From assembly GCF_001194135.2 (NCBI RefSeq), contig NC_068996.1:35789236-35853235 (forward strand): a DNA stretch of 64,000 bases. Reading direction: 5' to 3'. Position 1 is the stretch's first letter; each line of letters opens with the position of its first letter. Both the position numbers and the translations under genes were made by a program. Origin of the DNA: Octopus bimaculoides (lineage: Eukaryota). This document shows positions 1 through 13,231 of this stretch, in pieces. The notes beneath the pieces are model-generated. The model did not search any database. It was not told where the DNA came from and saw only the letters and a program-made list of their open reading frames with translations.

Positions 1-1089
1 TTGTTTATTCACATTGTTTTGAATTAATCATGAATTATCTTGTAGCTTAAAGATTCTGATAACATGGCAGTTTAATTTAGAATGACATTGTAGGGTAGGT
101 GTGAGGGGCCAGATTTGGCCAGTTTGAACACAAAGCAGGTAGAATATTTTGGCTGGATATGATGGCCAATAACTGCTAAAGGGTTAACAGCAAAAACCAC
201 ATTATTTTGCATTCATTATGCTGAAGAAGGTTTTTCTGTAGGATCTATGCTCTATAGTCTCGTAGGACTTGAGGAGTTATGAGTATGTAAATGGTTTGTG
301 AGAGCAGTTCAAGCTATGCATAACCATATTGTAATCAATCTTAGGTTTAGAATCTAATTCAGTGAAAAATTAAATATACAGGTAGGTGTTCTCCTGGGCT
401 CTTTTTTCCTGCCTCTGTCTATTTGTTATAATTATTAAGGCCTAACACAGGAATTCATGTTATAAAGCAGTGACCTGTTTTTCAATGCTGAATTTGTTGG
501 AAACCACAAAAAAATGTTGCTAGTCTGGAGCAGGTACCAACATCAAAAGGCCTAATGGGTAACACAACAAACTAATAGTAACAAAGTGTACAAAATGCCA
601 TAGCATATCTAGGGCTACATTATCCAATATGGCCTTTTCTTTTATAGGTATTAGCTTGGTTGAGAAAAATTTGGCTGCTGTTTCTAGCAGGACAAATAAC
701 TTTGTCAAAGATCCCTTATTGGTTTGTATAAGCAAGGAGTAGATAAGGTGTGTAGAATAAAGTGTGGACCAACAGAGTCAAGGTTTCATTTGAGATGGAA
801 ATATGGTTGTAATTTGCAGCAAATGATGTCATTAATGGAATAAAGCTTGCCATGAATTAGGACTGGAGGTGACTATATCCAAAATGTAGCAGCAAGATAT
901 AGCAAAATATAACAAGAGAAACAGTGAAAGATTTTTCAGGTGCTTTTACTTCTGTTGACATTTCATTCTTAATGAATGATTTCTCACTCTGTTAGACTGT
1001 TTGAAGGATATATATTAGGAGTGGAAACTGGGCAGTAGTGGGAGATGAGCTTCAATTAGAAGATACAAAAGAGAGAGAGAGAGATATGT

Positions 1090-1500
1090 TAAATATGTAC
1101 AGCGTTCATTTAGACTGAAGGATAGATACTTGTGTATGAACTGTGATGTTGCATGGTTCTGAGACAGGTGCTAAATGCTGAGAATGTAAGAAAAGCTAGA
1201 GAAACATGAAGAGAGTATTGCACTTGATGTGCAATGTGAATGTACATGAAAGAAAGCAGAGATGAAAACCTGCTATATGAGAAATCAGACATTGTGTTTT
1301 GTAGATGAGACTGCATTAGTTCCAGGCCTTGTGATGTGTATGGAGAATAGCAGTTGGGTATAGAATTGCCTAATGGTTCAAGTAGAAGGAACTAGTAGAA
1401 GAGGCAGAATTGGTGAAAGGTGACCTCAGGGCCTTAACAAGTGGCAGGTTATTACTTTTGGAGAAGATCTATTCAACCGATGCAAGCATAGGAAAATGGA
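1090..1500 (+). mobile_element. Degenerate RTE LINE 3' fragment
   Basis: Nucleotide similarity to the RTE ORF end at 48755-48975 (RLKGR..., LHGSET, VEGTSRRGR motifs). Confidence 0.6.
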
Positions 1501-1513
1501 TATATAAATGAGG

Positions 1514-1570
<57 letters not shown>

Positions 1571-2117
1571 TAAGCTTTGACATAGTTTCCACCTACCAAA
1601 TTCACTCACGAGGCATTCATCAACCAAGGCTAAAACAAAAGGCACTTGCTCAAGGTACCATGCAGTGGAACTGAATGCCAAACCATATAGTTATATTGTT
1701 ACTAAAAACTCTCGTTGAACTTTTTTTACCCAAAGCAGTGGAGTGCCAGAAACAATAGTGTACTTTGTAATATACACAGTTATAATCCTGTGTGTTATGA
1801 GTTCAGATTCCACAAGTGCTGATCAATTAAGAACTGATCTGTAACTGGGGTGATCACAATAACATACCACTTATTAAGGAAGTCCTCAGTGGGTTGTTTG
1901 TTGACCTGTTAGAACAAAGAAAGAAATGGTTTTCTTTTGACAGTTGTTATAACATTGCTAATGTGATATCATTTCTGGTTATGTAGGGTGGGCATGGTAG
2001 GAAGAACACTTTTTCAGATATTCACTATGTTACTACAAAAGTTTGATTTGTGATAATGAGCGATTTTTTTTCTTTTTTGTTCTAATATTTATATTGTTAA
2101 TATTTTATCTGTTGCAG

Positions 2118-2201
2118 GCCGTAAGGAGTTAGCAATAGAATTCTACAGGAAAGGTATCACTGAACTTGAAAAAGGTATTTCGGTTGATGTTAACGGCCAA
2201 G
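2118..2201 (+). CDS. SPAST: Spastin internal exon (human exon 2 equivalent), MIT domain
   Basis: ttgcAG|GC...CAAG|GTaaat; translates (G)[27 protein letters not shown](G), matching spastin MIT helix (human [29 protein letters not shown]); phase 1-1, 84 nt. Confidence 0.95.
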
Positions 2202-2598
2202 GTAAATAAAAATACATTTTTCAGTTTTAATTAGTCATTGTTTCACTTTAAGACTGGTGTGAAATCACTTTGTTCTAGTTATCAGCATTTACTATTTTCC
2301 ACATTCACACACACACACACACACAATCTCAAGCACACGCCCACCTGCATACATACACGTATATACTTTTGATTCTTTTTCTGGTTTCAATCTTTGCACT
2401 TGCTATGCTTGGGCATTGCCTTAATGGGTCTGCAATCAGCTATATTGAGCTCCTTGTTTATATGCATTGACCATTGTAAAAGAAAAGTGAAAGTAAATTG
2501 TCCTAAAAAAAAGTAAATTGTGATACAAATTGGAATTGTATAATTGTATAATTTTTTTGTAAACAATGTATGTGACATAACCAATATAAAGAACATAT

Positions 2599-3907
2599 AT
2601 AGGTAGTATCAAAAAGTTCCTGGACTAGCTATGCTTAATAAAAAGTAACTTATTTAACTAAGTTTTAACATCATCTTCTTCGAAATAGTCATCTTGCACA
2701 GTAATACATCTGTCCTGCCACTTTTGGAACCTGGCCTGGTAGTTGTTTTCTGCAAGCGAGTAGAGGAGCTTCTGCGATTCGCTCTGGATATTGACAACTG
2801 TGTTAAAATGGCGACCTGTGAACTGCATTTTCATCTTGGGGAAAAGATGGAAGTTGACAGATGCCAAATCTGGCAAATTGAATGGGTACAGAAGCGGTGC
2901 CCAGTTGTTTTTGATGAGAACCTCACAAGTGAAGAGAAAATAGTGAAAGGGTGCATTGTTGTCATGAAGAATCCAGTTCTTTGAGCTCCAGAGATCCAGT
3001 CTTTTTCGCTGAATGTCCTCCCTCAAATACTTCAAAACGTTGTAGTAGAACCCTCATTGACAGTCTGGCCCCAGAGTACAAATTCTCAATGCATAATACC
3101 ACAAATGTTGAAAAAAAACAAAAACAATGAACATTCTCTTGATTGAGCTGCAGCTCTATTGTGCCTCCTTCAGTTGTGGAAATAAAGGGCTCTTCCATTG
3201 TGATGACTGCTGCTTCATCTCAGGGTCATACCCATAGACCCAACTCTCATCACTGGTGTTGATCCTCAATTATGAAGGTCAGATCAACAGTAGCATGCTT
3301 ACAGAGATCTTGACAGACTTTGACATGATGTTCTTTCTGTTCAGCAATCAGCAGGTGGGGGACAAACTTGGCAGAGACATGCTGCATGTTCAATTCAGAT
3401 GTTAGAATTGCCTGCACAGGCCCATAAGACAAACCAACGCTATCAGCAATATCGTCCTCTGATGATCTTCATGCACAAGCTGATGAATTTTCTCATTTCC
3501 AGGAGATGACACTTGTGGCAGCAGGTCTTCCAGATCACTTATTGTCTTCTAGGGACATTCTTCTGCTCTTGAAGTGCTTATGCCACTTGAAACATTATGT
3601 ACAGCCCATTGCCTTGTTGCTATAAGCTTTCTGAAAGCATGTTCAATGTCAGTGTAGCAGACTTCCCAAGTTTAATGCAAAATTTCATGTTGGCTGATTG
3701 TTCCTGTGTATGATGAAATTTCTGGCTACAGCATTCATGTGATCACAAAAACACAAATTTCACAACTTGCAAAGTAAACACAGTGATGTCACTTGGCACA
3801 CTGCTTCATGAAGGTTACTGCTAGCTCTCACTGCACATGCGCTTGTGTGCTGCCATCTGTTGGTGCACTACAGAACTAGTCCGGGAATTTTTTTGTACCA
3901 CCTCATA
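2599..3907 (-). mobile_element. Decayed full-length mariner (Tc1/mariner, DD34D-type) transposon, about 1.3 kb
   Basis: Frameshifted pieces: ...VSAKFVPHLLIAEQKEHHV... (3250-3432) and WILHDNNAPFH...PDLASVNFHLFPKMK...DDYFE (2658-3035). Imperfect ~30-bp TIRs (AGGTAGTATCAAAAAGTTCCTGGACTAG, 2601-2628, versus revcomp of CTAGTCCGGGAATTTTTTTGTACCACCTC, ~3876-3905) with TA flanks. Confidence 0.9.
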
Positions 3908-4465
3908 CATATAAAATATATGTATAGTTTTCATGTAAGATGAAAACAATCATATTTACAGGAAAACATAGTCTTTAATGCATGTAATGAAATTTGTGAA
4001 TACTTTATCATGATCTCAAAATTTGTTTCTCTACATCTGCTCATGAAAGTATAATGTAAATAAAAATCATCACAAGTTCCAAATTGTAGCATAAATTTCC
4101 TCTTGGCAAGCATCCACCGCTCTTCTACAGTTTGCGTATGGATGCTGTCATCATTTGGATCAATAAAATTGAGTGGAAGATTAACAGGAAGCTAGCAATA
4201 TCTAGTGTCTTATAATCTTCTTTTCATGCTAGCAATATCCAATAACTTATAATGTTATTTTCATGAAATTTTGATATGTCACTTTTTGTTTCTTTTCAAA
4301 TTTACTGTCATTCTTTTTTATGATGGTGAACTGCGTGTAAACTAACCCCTTTCCCTCTTAGTACTTATCTTATTGATCTTGTAAAGGACGAAGATCACTG
4401 TGTCATAAAGAGACATAAATCAGGTGGAGCCATATGGAATTTTTTGTTTGATCATGCACACATGC

Positions 4466-4775
4466 AAAGACAGATAGACAGACAGACAGAAAGAGACAGA
4501 TAGACAGAGACAGGCAGGCAGGGACAGACAGACAGAGGCGAACGGACAGAGGCGAACGGACAGAGACAGACAGAGACAAACAAACAGAGAGAGAGAGAGA
4601 GACAGACAGACAGCGACAGACAGACAGACAGAGGCAAACAACCAGACAGGCAGAGACAGACAGACAGCAACAGACAGACAGAGATAGACAGATAAAGACA
4701 GACAGACAGTGACAGACGGACGGAGACAGGCAGGGAGAAAAACAGGAAGAGAGATAGGGAGACAGAGAGAGAGAA
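4466..4775. repeat. Compound (GACA)n/(GA)n microsatellite
   Basis: Seen directly; explains the spurious LSVC-rich ORFs. Confidence 0.9.
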
Positions 4776-5110
4776 ACATTTGTAGTTATCAAATTTTACT
4801 CATATTGGCATAGAAGGTATTTGCCCAAAGTGCCGTATATTGGAATTGGACTTGAAACTGTAACATGTAGTTTTGAATTGAACTTTGTAAACACACAACG
4901 TCTGTTTCATATCATGTTTGAATGTGCGGGTATGTGTGTGTAGTTTATATCTTTTACATGTTTCAGTCATTAGACTGCAGCCATGAGAATTTTAATTGAA
5001 TAAATTGATCCCAATACTTAATTTTCTCTTTAAGCCTGATATTTATTGTCAGTCTCTTTTGCCGAACTTCTAAGTTACAAGAAAGCAAACATCCCAACAC
5101 TGGTGGTGGA

Positions 5111-5112
<2 letters not shown>

Positions 5113-5197
<85 letters not shown>

Positions 5198-5292
5198 CAC
5201 ACTCACTCACACTCACTCACTCACTCACTCACTCACTCACTCACTCACTCACTCACTCACTCACTCACTCACTCACTCACTCACTCACTCAC
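5113..5292. repeat. (CA)n followed by (TCAC)n inside a family B SINE
   Basis: Seen directly. Many other (CA)n, (TA)n, (GA)n, (ATT)n and (GAT)n tracts occur, e.g. 1515-1566, 24750-24810, 44440-44520. Confidence 0.95.
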
Positions 5293-7439
5293 ACGTGGTG
5301 GGCTTCTTTCAGATTTTGTCTGCCAAATCCACTCACAAGGCTTTTGTTGACCCAGGGCTATGGTACAAAAAAACACTTGCCCAATGAACCTGGAACCAAG
5401 TGGTTAGGAAGCAAACTTATCACACAGCCATGCTTGCATCTATATATGTGTGTGTACATACTAGGTAGTTGTGTTTTATTGCACTAATTATCCTTCACTA
5501 ATTAGGCTAATACTTTAATCCATTTATTGACAGTTTCTTCAGCTTCTAAACATCTTTTGGAAATGATTCTGCTTCATTGATGATTGATTGGTTTCTATGA
5601 ATTTCCAGTTCAATTCCAGTAGATTTGATTGACCAGACTGAAAAAAAGAAAAGAAATAAAATGAACAACTAAAAAGAAAAGCATGCTAATCCATAAAACT
5701 TGATAAACTATCCAATTATTAACTAAATGTTTTGATAAACCTGTTTCTAATTTCTTAATTATAGTGTTGTTGTTAATGTTTTCAAATAATTTTCTTCGTT
5801 ATTGTTATCAGTATTTTTTTTTTTTTTAAATTCTGTTTTCCTCTTTCGTAGATCAGATGATGTTAAATAATTCTTTCATCAATATTTTTCTAAATAAATT
5901 TCTACACCCATACTCTGTACATCCACATTTACTCACTGAAGTAAATCACCATTATCATAATTTTATGATAATGGCAAACTGTTATGCTAAATCAGTATAA
6001 CAGCTTAACCCTTTTGTGACCATATTTCTGAAGAACTACACCATCCTGGTTTCAATTAATTTTGAAATTAATGAATTTAGTATAATAACCTCATCGTTAT
6101 TAAGCTTGTATTTGGAACATATATTAACATGGAAATTTGATGAAAGGTTTTAACTTAGATAATTTTAAAACAAATTTGTAACATAGGACCAGGGGCAGTT
6201 TTAGGCCAGTTGGTATCAAAAGTAGTAACACTTGGCAATATTGGTGCTGTAGTTTAGGTGGTGAGCTAGCAGAATTGTTAGCATGCCAGGCAAAATGATT
6301 AGCAGCATTTTGTCTGTCTTTTGTTCTGAGTTCAAATTCCACTAGGGTCAACTTCATTTTTCATCCCTTTTAGGTACTTAAATAAGTACCAGTTTATCAC
6401 TGGTGTTGATGTAATCAATTTAGTCCTTTCCCAGAAATTGCTGGTTTTGTGTCAAAATTTGAAACCAGTATGTTGTAGTTTAGATGGCAATCTGGCAGAA
6501 TCATTAGCAAGCTGGGCAAAAAACTTAACAGCATTTCACCCATCTTAACATTCTGAATTCCAATTCTGCTATGGTCAACTTTGACTTTTTGCCCTTCCAA
6601 GGTTGATAAAATAAGTACCAGCTGATTTCTGGGGTTGATTTAATCGACATACCCAACTGCCCTGAAATTGCTGGCCTTGTGGCAAAATTTGAAATCAGTA
6701 TTAGTGCTGTAGTTAAGGGTCCAGATGAGGTTACTAGTATAGTGTCTTCCAACTACAGAGTGAGTGAGATGAGTGGTATGGAAGACCTTACTGGATAATT
6801 TACTCAACCACAGATGATCAAGATGGACTGTATAACTTCTTGTTATCTATGTATATAACTGCAAAAATCAGCTTCTAGAGCATTTCTTTTTATATCTGTG
6901 GACCCTTTTGATTACTATTTTATTCTGATGGGACCTCATAACCATTCGATGTTTAAAAACTAGTTTTACAGATACTTCTTTCAAAGTTCCTATTTTGTTT
7001 TTTGCACATTTAACTTGTGTAGGCTGAACTTTGTAAAATGCTAGTGAAAGAAACCTAGCTGTTTCTTGCAATAAATACATCTAAAGCACAATTTTTTTGT
7101 GGACCCAATGTACTATTTTGCTTGTATCCCCCCCCTCCCCGAAAAAAAATTCTTACATGGATCCCAGTTGAGAACCACTATGCTAGACACTTCATCAGTT
7201 ACTAGTTACTAAGCTGTAAAATAAAAGATGTTTAAAAAAGAAAAAGAAAGAAAAAATTGAAAGTTATGATGTATGAAAGTAGCATTGTAAACAAACTCAT
7301 ATAAGTGCTGGACCTTACAGAATTTGATTCTCTGTAGAGGCTTACTGACCACTTTTATTCTTCTAAAGGGTATTTACTTGATTTTCTAACCTGTCTTCAT
7401 AGCCATCATGTGCTTGAGAAAATTCCTTTATTTTCTATA

Positions 7440-7481
<42 letters not shown>

Positions 7482-7739
7482 TGCAAGAAAAACACACTCA
7501 CACAACATACACATACACGCACACACACACATTCAAAAACTGCTTGCCCACTTTCTACTGACCATTGCCCAAAACCACTCCCAAATTATTCCTGCTACAA
7601 ATTCCTTCCACAAAGTTAAGCAACACAAACACACACACACACTAACAGATAAATAGCCAAACCACACACACACACATATGCACATACATGTTCTGTTATT
7701 ACACACACACACACACGGACCCGCGCGCACGCACACATA

Positions 7740-7960
7740 CTTACCTCCCTCTCTTGCATTCTACTGTCTTAGAAAGAACTTCTTCTCCACCCTTTCCCTT
7801 CTGGCCATTCCACAATGTAACCCCATGGATATCGTTGGCGATTTTTTCTTCCTCCGTCTTCCCTTCTTTGGACTGTCCTATGTTTCCAACGAAGAGCTCC
7901 GCTCGAAACGTCAAATTCTCTTTCTTTCTTTTCCTGAGCGTCCAGTAACACAATCTGTAT
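7740..7960 (+). mobile_element. Penelope-like terminal fragment
   Basis: Motif CCAACGAAGAGCTCCGCTCGAAACGTC resembling the hammerhead-like ends of Penelope-like elements; CpG-rich. Confidence 0.4.
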
Positions 7961-8455
7961 CACGTCTTCGCGTTGTTGTTTTTTGTCGTTTTTCTTTTTT
8001 GAACCTATATATATATATGTATGTATATAGTATAAAATTAATTTGGGCAGCTGGACACAATATAAATCATATAGGCAAAATTTGTTGCTAGTTGTGACCA
8101 TATGTGCTTGTAGCATATATGGTCAAAATTAGTGATGATTAAATTTTGTCATCTATATATATATATATATATATATATAGTCATCATCATCATTTAATGT
8201 CTGTTGTCCATGATGACTTGGGTTGGATGGTTTGACTGGGCTGGCACGCTCAAAGGCTGCACCAGACTCACAGCTGATTTGGAATAGTTTTCTATGGCTT
8301 GATACCCTTTCTAACGCCAATTGGATGCCATTTGCATGACATTGGGGTGCTTATATATATATGCCAGTATGGAAAATGAAATCTAATGGATGATGATGAT
8401 TATATATATATTTATATGCCAGCAAGGAAAATGAATGTTAAAGAATGATGATGAG

Positions 8456-8500
<45 letters not shown>

Positions 8501-10455
8501 TACGTATACCATTTATCCTATTCCATTAAATTAACAAGGTAGGCATACTGCTCACCTAAAAACTGGTTTCATCAAATTAAATATCCTAAACCACTACAAT
8601 TTAAAATGGTATCAAATAAAGTGAGAACTTTTACAATTTCAGAATCAAATGTTTATCATAAGAACCTGTAGAAAAAAAAAAAGAAAAAAGAAATTTAAAA
8701 AAGTTCTACAGGTAAACACTTCTAGTAAATGTCAACATCTAACATTTAAACTTATGAACACATATAAACCACATCTTCAAATACTCAATCAATTTTAAGA
8801 ATACAATCAGCCTTCTTCACTGTCTAATGGATATCAATGTGATTTTGACACCTATGGGTGGGATTACTTCTATTGGTGTCAAACAGTCTTAGAGACATGC
8901 AATTTGATGGTTCCTGAGAGTATACAAAGCTAATAGTTTGTAGCAGGATCATAATTACAAACTTAACCACATGTAATGCGATTACATTGTAACACAAAAT
9001 TCAGTTAAATAAATTAGAAAATCAATAATTGCCTAAGGCAATCAATAATTATATATACTGTCATTTCATTTATAGTAAATTATTGAATTAATGAAACACA
9101 AATAAAGTTTTGGAACTGGAAAATAAAATCTGTTAGAAATAGTATAAACAATGTGTTTAATAATAATTTTATGCAGATTAACTATTGTTTAAATTCTGCT
9201 AATTGGTCAACAACAGAGTACTTTAATTCTCAGGCAATGCTGAATATTCTTGTAATTACGTGTTGCTTAGTGGTTAAGAAGTTTGCCTCCATACCACTTG
9301 ATTTCAGGTTCAGTCCTACTTCATGGTTCCTTTGACAAGTCTTTTCTATGATTAAAGACTGGGCTGATCAAGACTTTGTTGGTAGATTTGGTAGATGGAA
9401 ACTGAAAGTAGACCATCAGGTGTGTGTGTGTGTGTGTATCACCTTATACTGACCCTGCATGATAATTGTAAATGAGTGTCACCACTATACATACAGTGTC
9501 ACTCATTTTCATTATTCTGTGAAAACATACCCAGCCATGGGAAATTATTACTTGGAAACAGATGAGAGTTGGAGAGAGAGACACACACACACACAGAGAA
9601 AGTGAGACACACATATGATTGTACATATTAACAGTAACTAGAAGGCAATCTCCATTTTTCTTTTGAAATATTGTCTAGAGGAATCCTGGATATGCCATTA
9701 ATATATTAACCCTCATATTACTGTATTTCTGTAAAAATACACATCTTTTGTTTAAAATAATTTTTGAAAATAATTAAGGATTTAGTAAAATAATTTTGTT
9801 GTTTTTAAGCTGGTATTTGTAACATAAGTTAATATGGAATTTAATGGAAGATTACTTTATTAGATTACTTTAAAGCAGGAGATTTAAGTCATAGAGCCAA
9901 CAGTGTTTTCAGGCAGATTTGTATCACAAGAATTAAAACAAAGTATTTAACCTTTTATCATTCAGATTATTCTGTCAAATGTAATGGTTATTTATCCACT
10001 CTTTGAATTAATCATACATTATCTCAGAGCTTTGAGGTTTCAATGAAGTGATTATTTACTTTTAGAGTACTATTGTAGGGGAAGTGTGAGAGGCCAGATC
10101 TAGTTAGCTTGAAGATTAAGCAGGTAGAATATTTTAGTTGGATATGGCTGGCTTAATTCTTTAGCATTCAGATTACTTTGTCAAATATAATGCTTATTTG
10201 CCCGCTTTGTTTTGAATTTTTCATACATTTTCATACATTCCAATGGCACAATTGTTTACTTCTAGAATAACATTGTAGAGTAAGTGTGAGAAGCCAGATT
10301 TCACCAGTTTGAAGATAAAACATGTAGATTCTTTTGGTCGGATATGGCCAATTTAAATGCTCCTGGGTTAATGCTTATATTTTGCCTATAAAATATTGAG
10401 GTATTTGGGTAGATTAGAAAGAATCAGTCAACAGTAAAAATATGCTTTTTATTCA

Positions 10456-10679
10456 TTAACTCTTTTGTTACTATATTTCTGATGACATATAATGCTTTTG
10501 TTTCAATTAATTTTTAAAATGGATAATTTGGTAAAATAACTCTCTCATTATTAAGCTGATAACTGGAATAAATTAACATATAATTCTAATAGAAGATTAT
10601 AATTTAGACCACTTTAAGACAGTAAGTTTGTGTCATAGAACCTGGGGTGGTCTCAAGCAGGTTGTCTCAAAAGAGTTAA
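10456..10679. mobile_element. piggyBac-type MITE, family 2
   Basis: TTAA|CTCTTTTG ... CAAAAGAG|TTAA; related copies at ~6006-6230, 9705-9937 and 19640-19872. Confidence 0.7.
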
Positions 10680-11375
10680 TCCTTTCTGCTATAGGTTCAA
10701 CACCTGAAATTTTTTAGGGGTGGATGCTAGTCAGTTTACATCAACCTCAGTGTTTAACTGATACTTAATTGATTCTAAGAGAATGCAAGGCAGAGCTGAC
10801 CTCGGCGGAATTTGAACTTAGAATGTAAAGATGGATGAAATGCTGCTAAGCATTTTGTCTGGCATGCTAACGATTCTGTCACCTCACCACCTTTATTATA
10901 TTCATTTAATATAAGCTATACATAAACAAGATGACAGAAATAATGATATGCAAGAGGCCTTACAGTATATAGTTTGTTCCTTCCAGGTTCTCAGTTCAAA
11001 TTCTGATGAGGTCAACCTGGGGCCTTCCATGCTTCATGGTTAATATTTTAGTGTTTTTTCTAAGTTCCATCCTGTTGACCATGGTCATGCTGGGGGAGAT
11101 TTTATTAGATAATATCATTGATTAACTCCAGATCATACCTATGTTTGTAAATACTTCAGCTGTGACCATCCTCTGTTCTCGGGCATCCTCCTCCACTGTG
11201 TTCTTTTTAAAGATTATAGAGTGTAATTTGAGAGATTTAGCATATATAATGAGAGACTTCCTCTTTAGTTTATACTGGTTGAATCCATCACTGTAATATA
11301 TTAGAGTGGATTCAGTTAGCTGTACTTCTTTCCAAATATATAAAAAAAATTTATCTTGTGTCAAGTCAAAGATAA

Positions 11376-11581
11376 TTAACCCTTTAGCATTTAGATTACT
11401 CTGACAAATGTACTGCTTATTCACATTGTTTCAATTAATTAGGCATTATCTCTTAGTTACATAATTGTTTATTTTTAGAATGATGTAGGATATATGCAAG
11501 AGGTTAGATCTGGCTGGTTTGAACATAAAACAATGTAGAATAAAACAAGGGCCTGACATAGCTGGTACACTAAAGGGTTAA
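11376..11581. mobile_element. piggyBac-type MITE, family 1 (~210 bp)
   Basis: TTAA|CCCTTTAG ... CTAAAGGG|TTAA. Further copies at 1-187 (partial), ~9947-10156, 10153-10370, 22011-22205, 23660-23880, 36270-36492 and 41095-41325. Confidence 0.8.
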
Positions 11582-11609
11582 TATAAGAACTGTAGATTCT
11601 TTAAACCTA

Positions 11610-12240
11610 CAGATTCCTTCAACCCCTCTTTCACCATCCTTTCTCCACAGCCTTCCTTATTTCTTGGATACTTTCTTTGCATTCACACACTGCTCTTCCC
11701 CTCCTCTTTTATCTCTGATACCCTCCGACCTCTCTTTCCCCATTATTACTCTCCTAGTTCTCACCCACTGCCCCTCAACCCTCTGTCATTTTCTCTCACT
11801 GCCTTCTCATACCCTTCTGCATTCCTCAGCACCTTCTTGTCTTTACTCCTCCTCCTCCGGCCTATTTCCATGATCCACCTCACCTCTCTTTCCTTTGGTG
11901 GCTCTCACATGATTCATCTCTACCCTGCCTATTGCTCCCTTCCTATCCCTTTACCCCATGTCTTCCATCCACATTTGCCTTTATGACGTAAGATAACCCT
12001 AGGTCTTTCACAACATAACCTACCCTAACACCTTTCCTCTCTGTCCTCATCTTTTCTTAACAACCCCCTTTCACTGACTCCTCTTTCCCATGTTTTAAGC
12101 CACATGCTCTCCTCCACTTTATGCCTATTCTACTACTCTATTACTCTCTCTGCTACCACTCTATCACAATAAATCTGTTCCTCTCATCTTACTCTCTCTT
12201 ATCACCCTGCCGAGACATTACACCCTCTCCTCTATCTCCG
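11610..12240. repeat. Pyrimidine-rich (C/T) low-complexity tract, probably repeat-derived
   Basis: Strong C+T strand skew over about 600 bp; no credible ORF. Confidence 0.6.
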
Positions 12241-13147
12241 TTAGTTATTAGGAGTCACTCTAGATTTTGCAAATCACTAGGGAATATTCACTAGTGAAGA
12301 AAAAAGAAAAGAAGAGAAAAAACATGCATCCTGTACACTCTGCATAGTGGTTGGGGTCAAGATGGACATCCAGCCTTAGAAACCATGCATGATGCAGCCC
12401 CCAACTCATAAGATCTTTCAACCTATACCAGCATGGGAAACAAGCATCAAATGATGATGATGGTAGTATGTAGTTTTGCAACTAGTTATCTACACTAGCA
12501 AGGATATTATCATTATTGGAATATTTGGCCATCTGTGTTTTGGAGCAATTGTTTTTACAAAGAAATCTGTTATTTTCTTTAATGTCAACTATTCATATGT
12601 AACACTGAAATGGAACCTGTCTGTTGAGCCAGGGTTAGTGATAGCAGCAGAGGTACTTTTGTGGTAAAATTTGAACTTAAGACTATGTGGTTCACTACCT
12701 TAATAATCCTAGTGTAACAACAAGCATCATCATTGTCATCATTATTTAATGTCCATGTTCCAGGCTGACATGGATTGGGTGGTTTGAGAGGGTCCATTGG
12801 AATCAAGGACTGCATCATACTCCAGTGTCTGCTTTGGCATGGTTTCTATGGCTGGATGCCCTTCCTAATACCAAACACTTTACAGCATGTACTGTGTAGG
12901 TTTTACTATGGTACCAGCACTAGTGAGGTTGCCATGAAATACGCAAAACTACAAACCCTGACTGGGGAGGCAGGAGCTTTATACTTGGAAGATAAGGTGT
13001 AGAGCACTATTGAATTTGGTTTTCTTTTCAAATTTATTGAAGAATTTTCCAAGTTTTTTTTTTCCTTTCTGTGACTTAATAGTGATGATACAATTTCATA
13101 TATTTCCTTTTATTTTCACTTTTCTTGATGTTTTTTTTTCCTCACAG

Positions 13148-13231
13148 GAGATGCCTGGGACCGTGCCAAACGGTTGAAAGATAAAATGTCAACTAACCTT
13201 GTTATGGCCAAAGACCGCCTGGAAGTTCTGG
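13148..13231 (+). CDS. SPAST: Spastin exon (human exon 3 equivalent), end of MIT domain
   Basis: cacAG|GA...CTGG|GTaagt; (G)[27 protein letters not shown](E), matching human [24 protein letters not shown]; 84 nt, phase 1-1. Confidence 0.96.

Noticed and set aside
4403-5387. Long ORFs rich in LSVC, HT, CV, IY or N/I runs (also ~7.4-8.1, 24.7, 36.9-37.3, 44.2-44.8 and 52.5-52.9 kb)
   Set aside because: Translations of microsatellites.
8554-8712. Minus-strand exon-like segment with a strong acceptor at ~8666
   Set aside because: It has stops in all three frames, and the acceptor is one arm of a small ACCTGTAGAA/TTCTACAGGT inverted repeat around a poly-A run.
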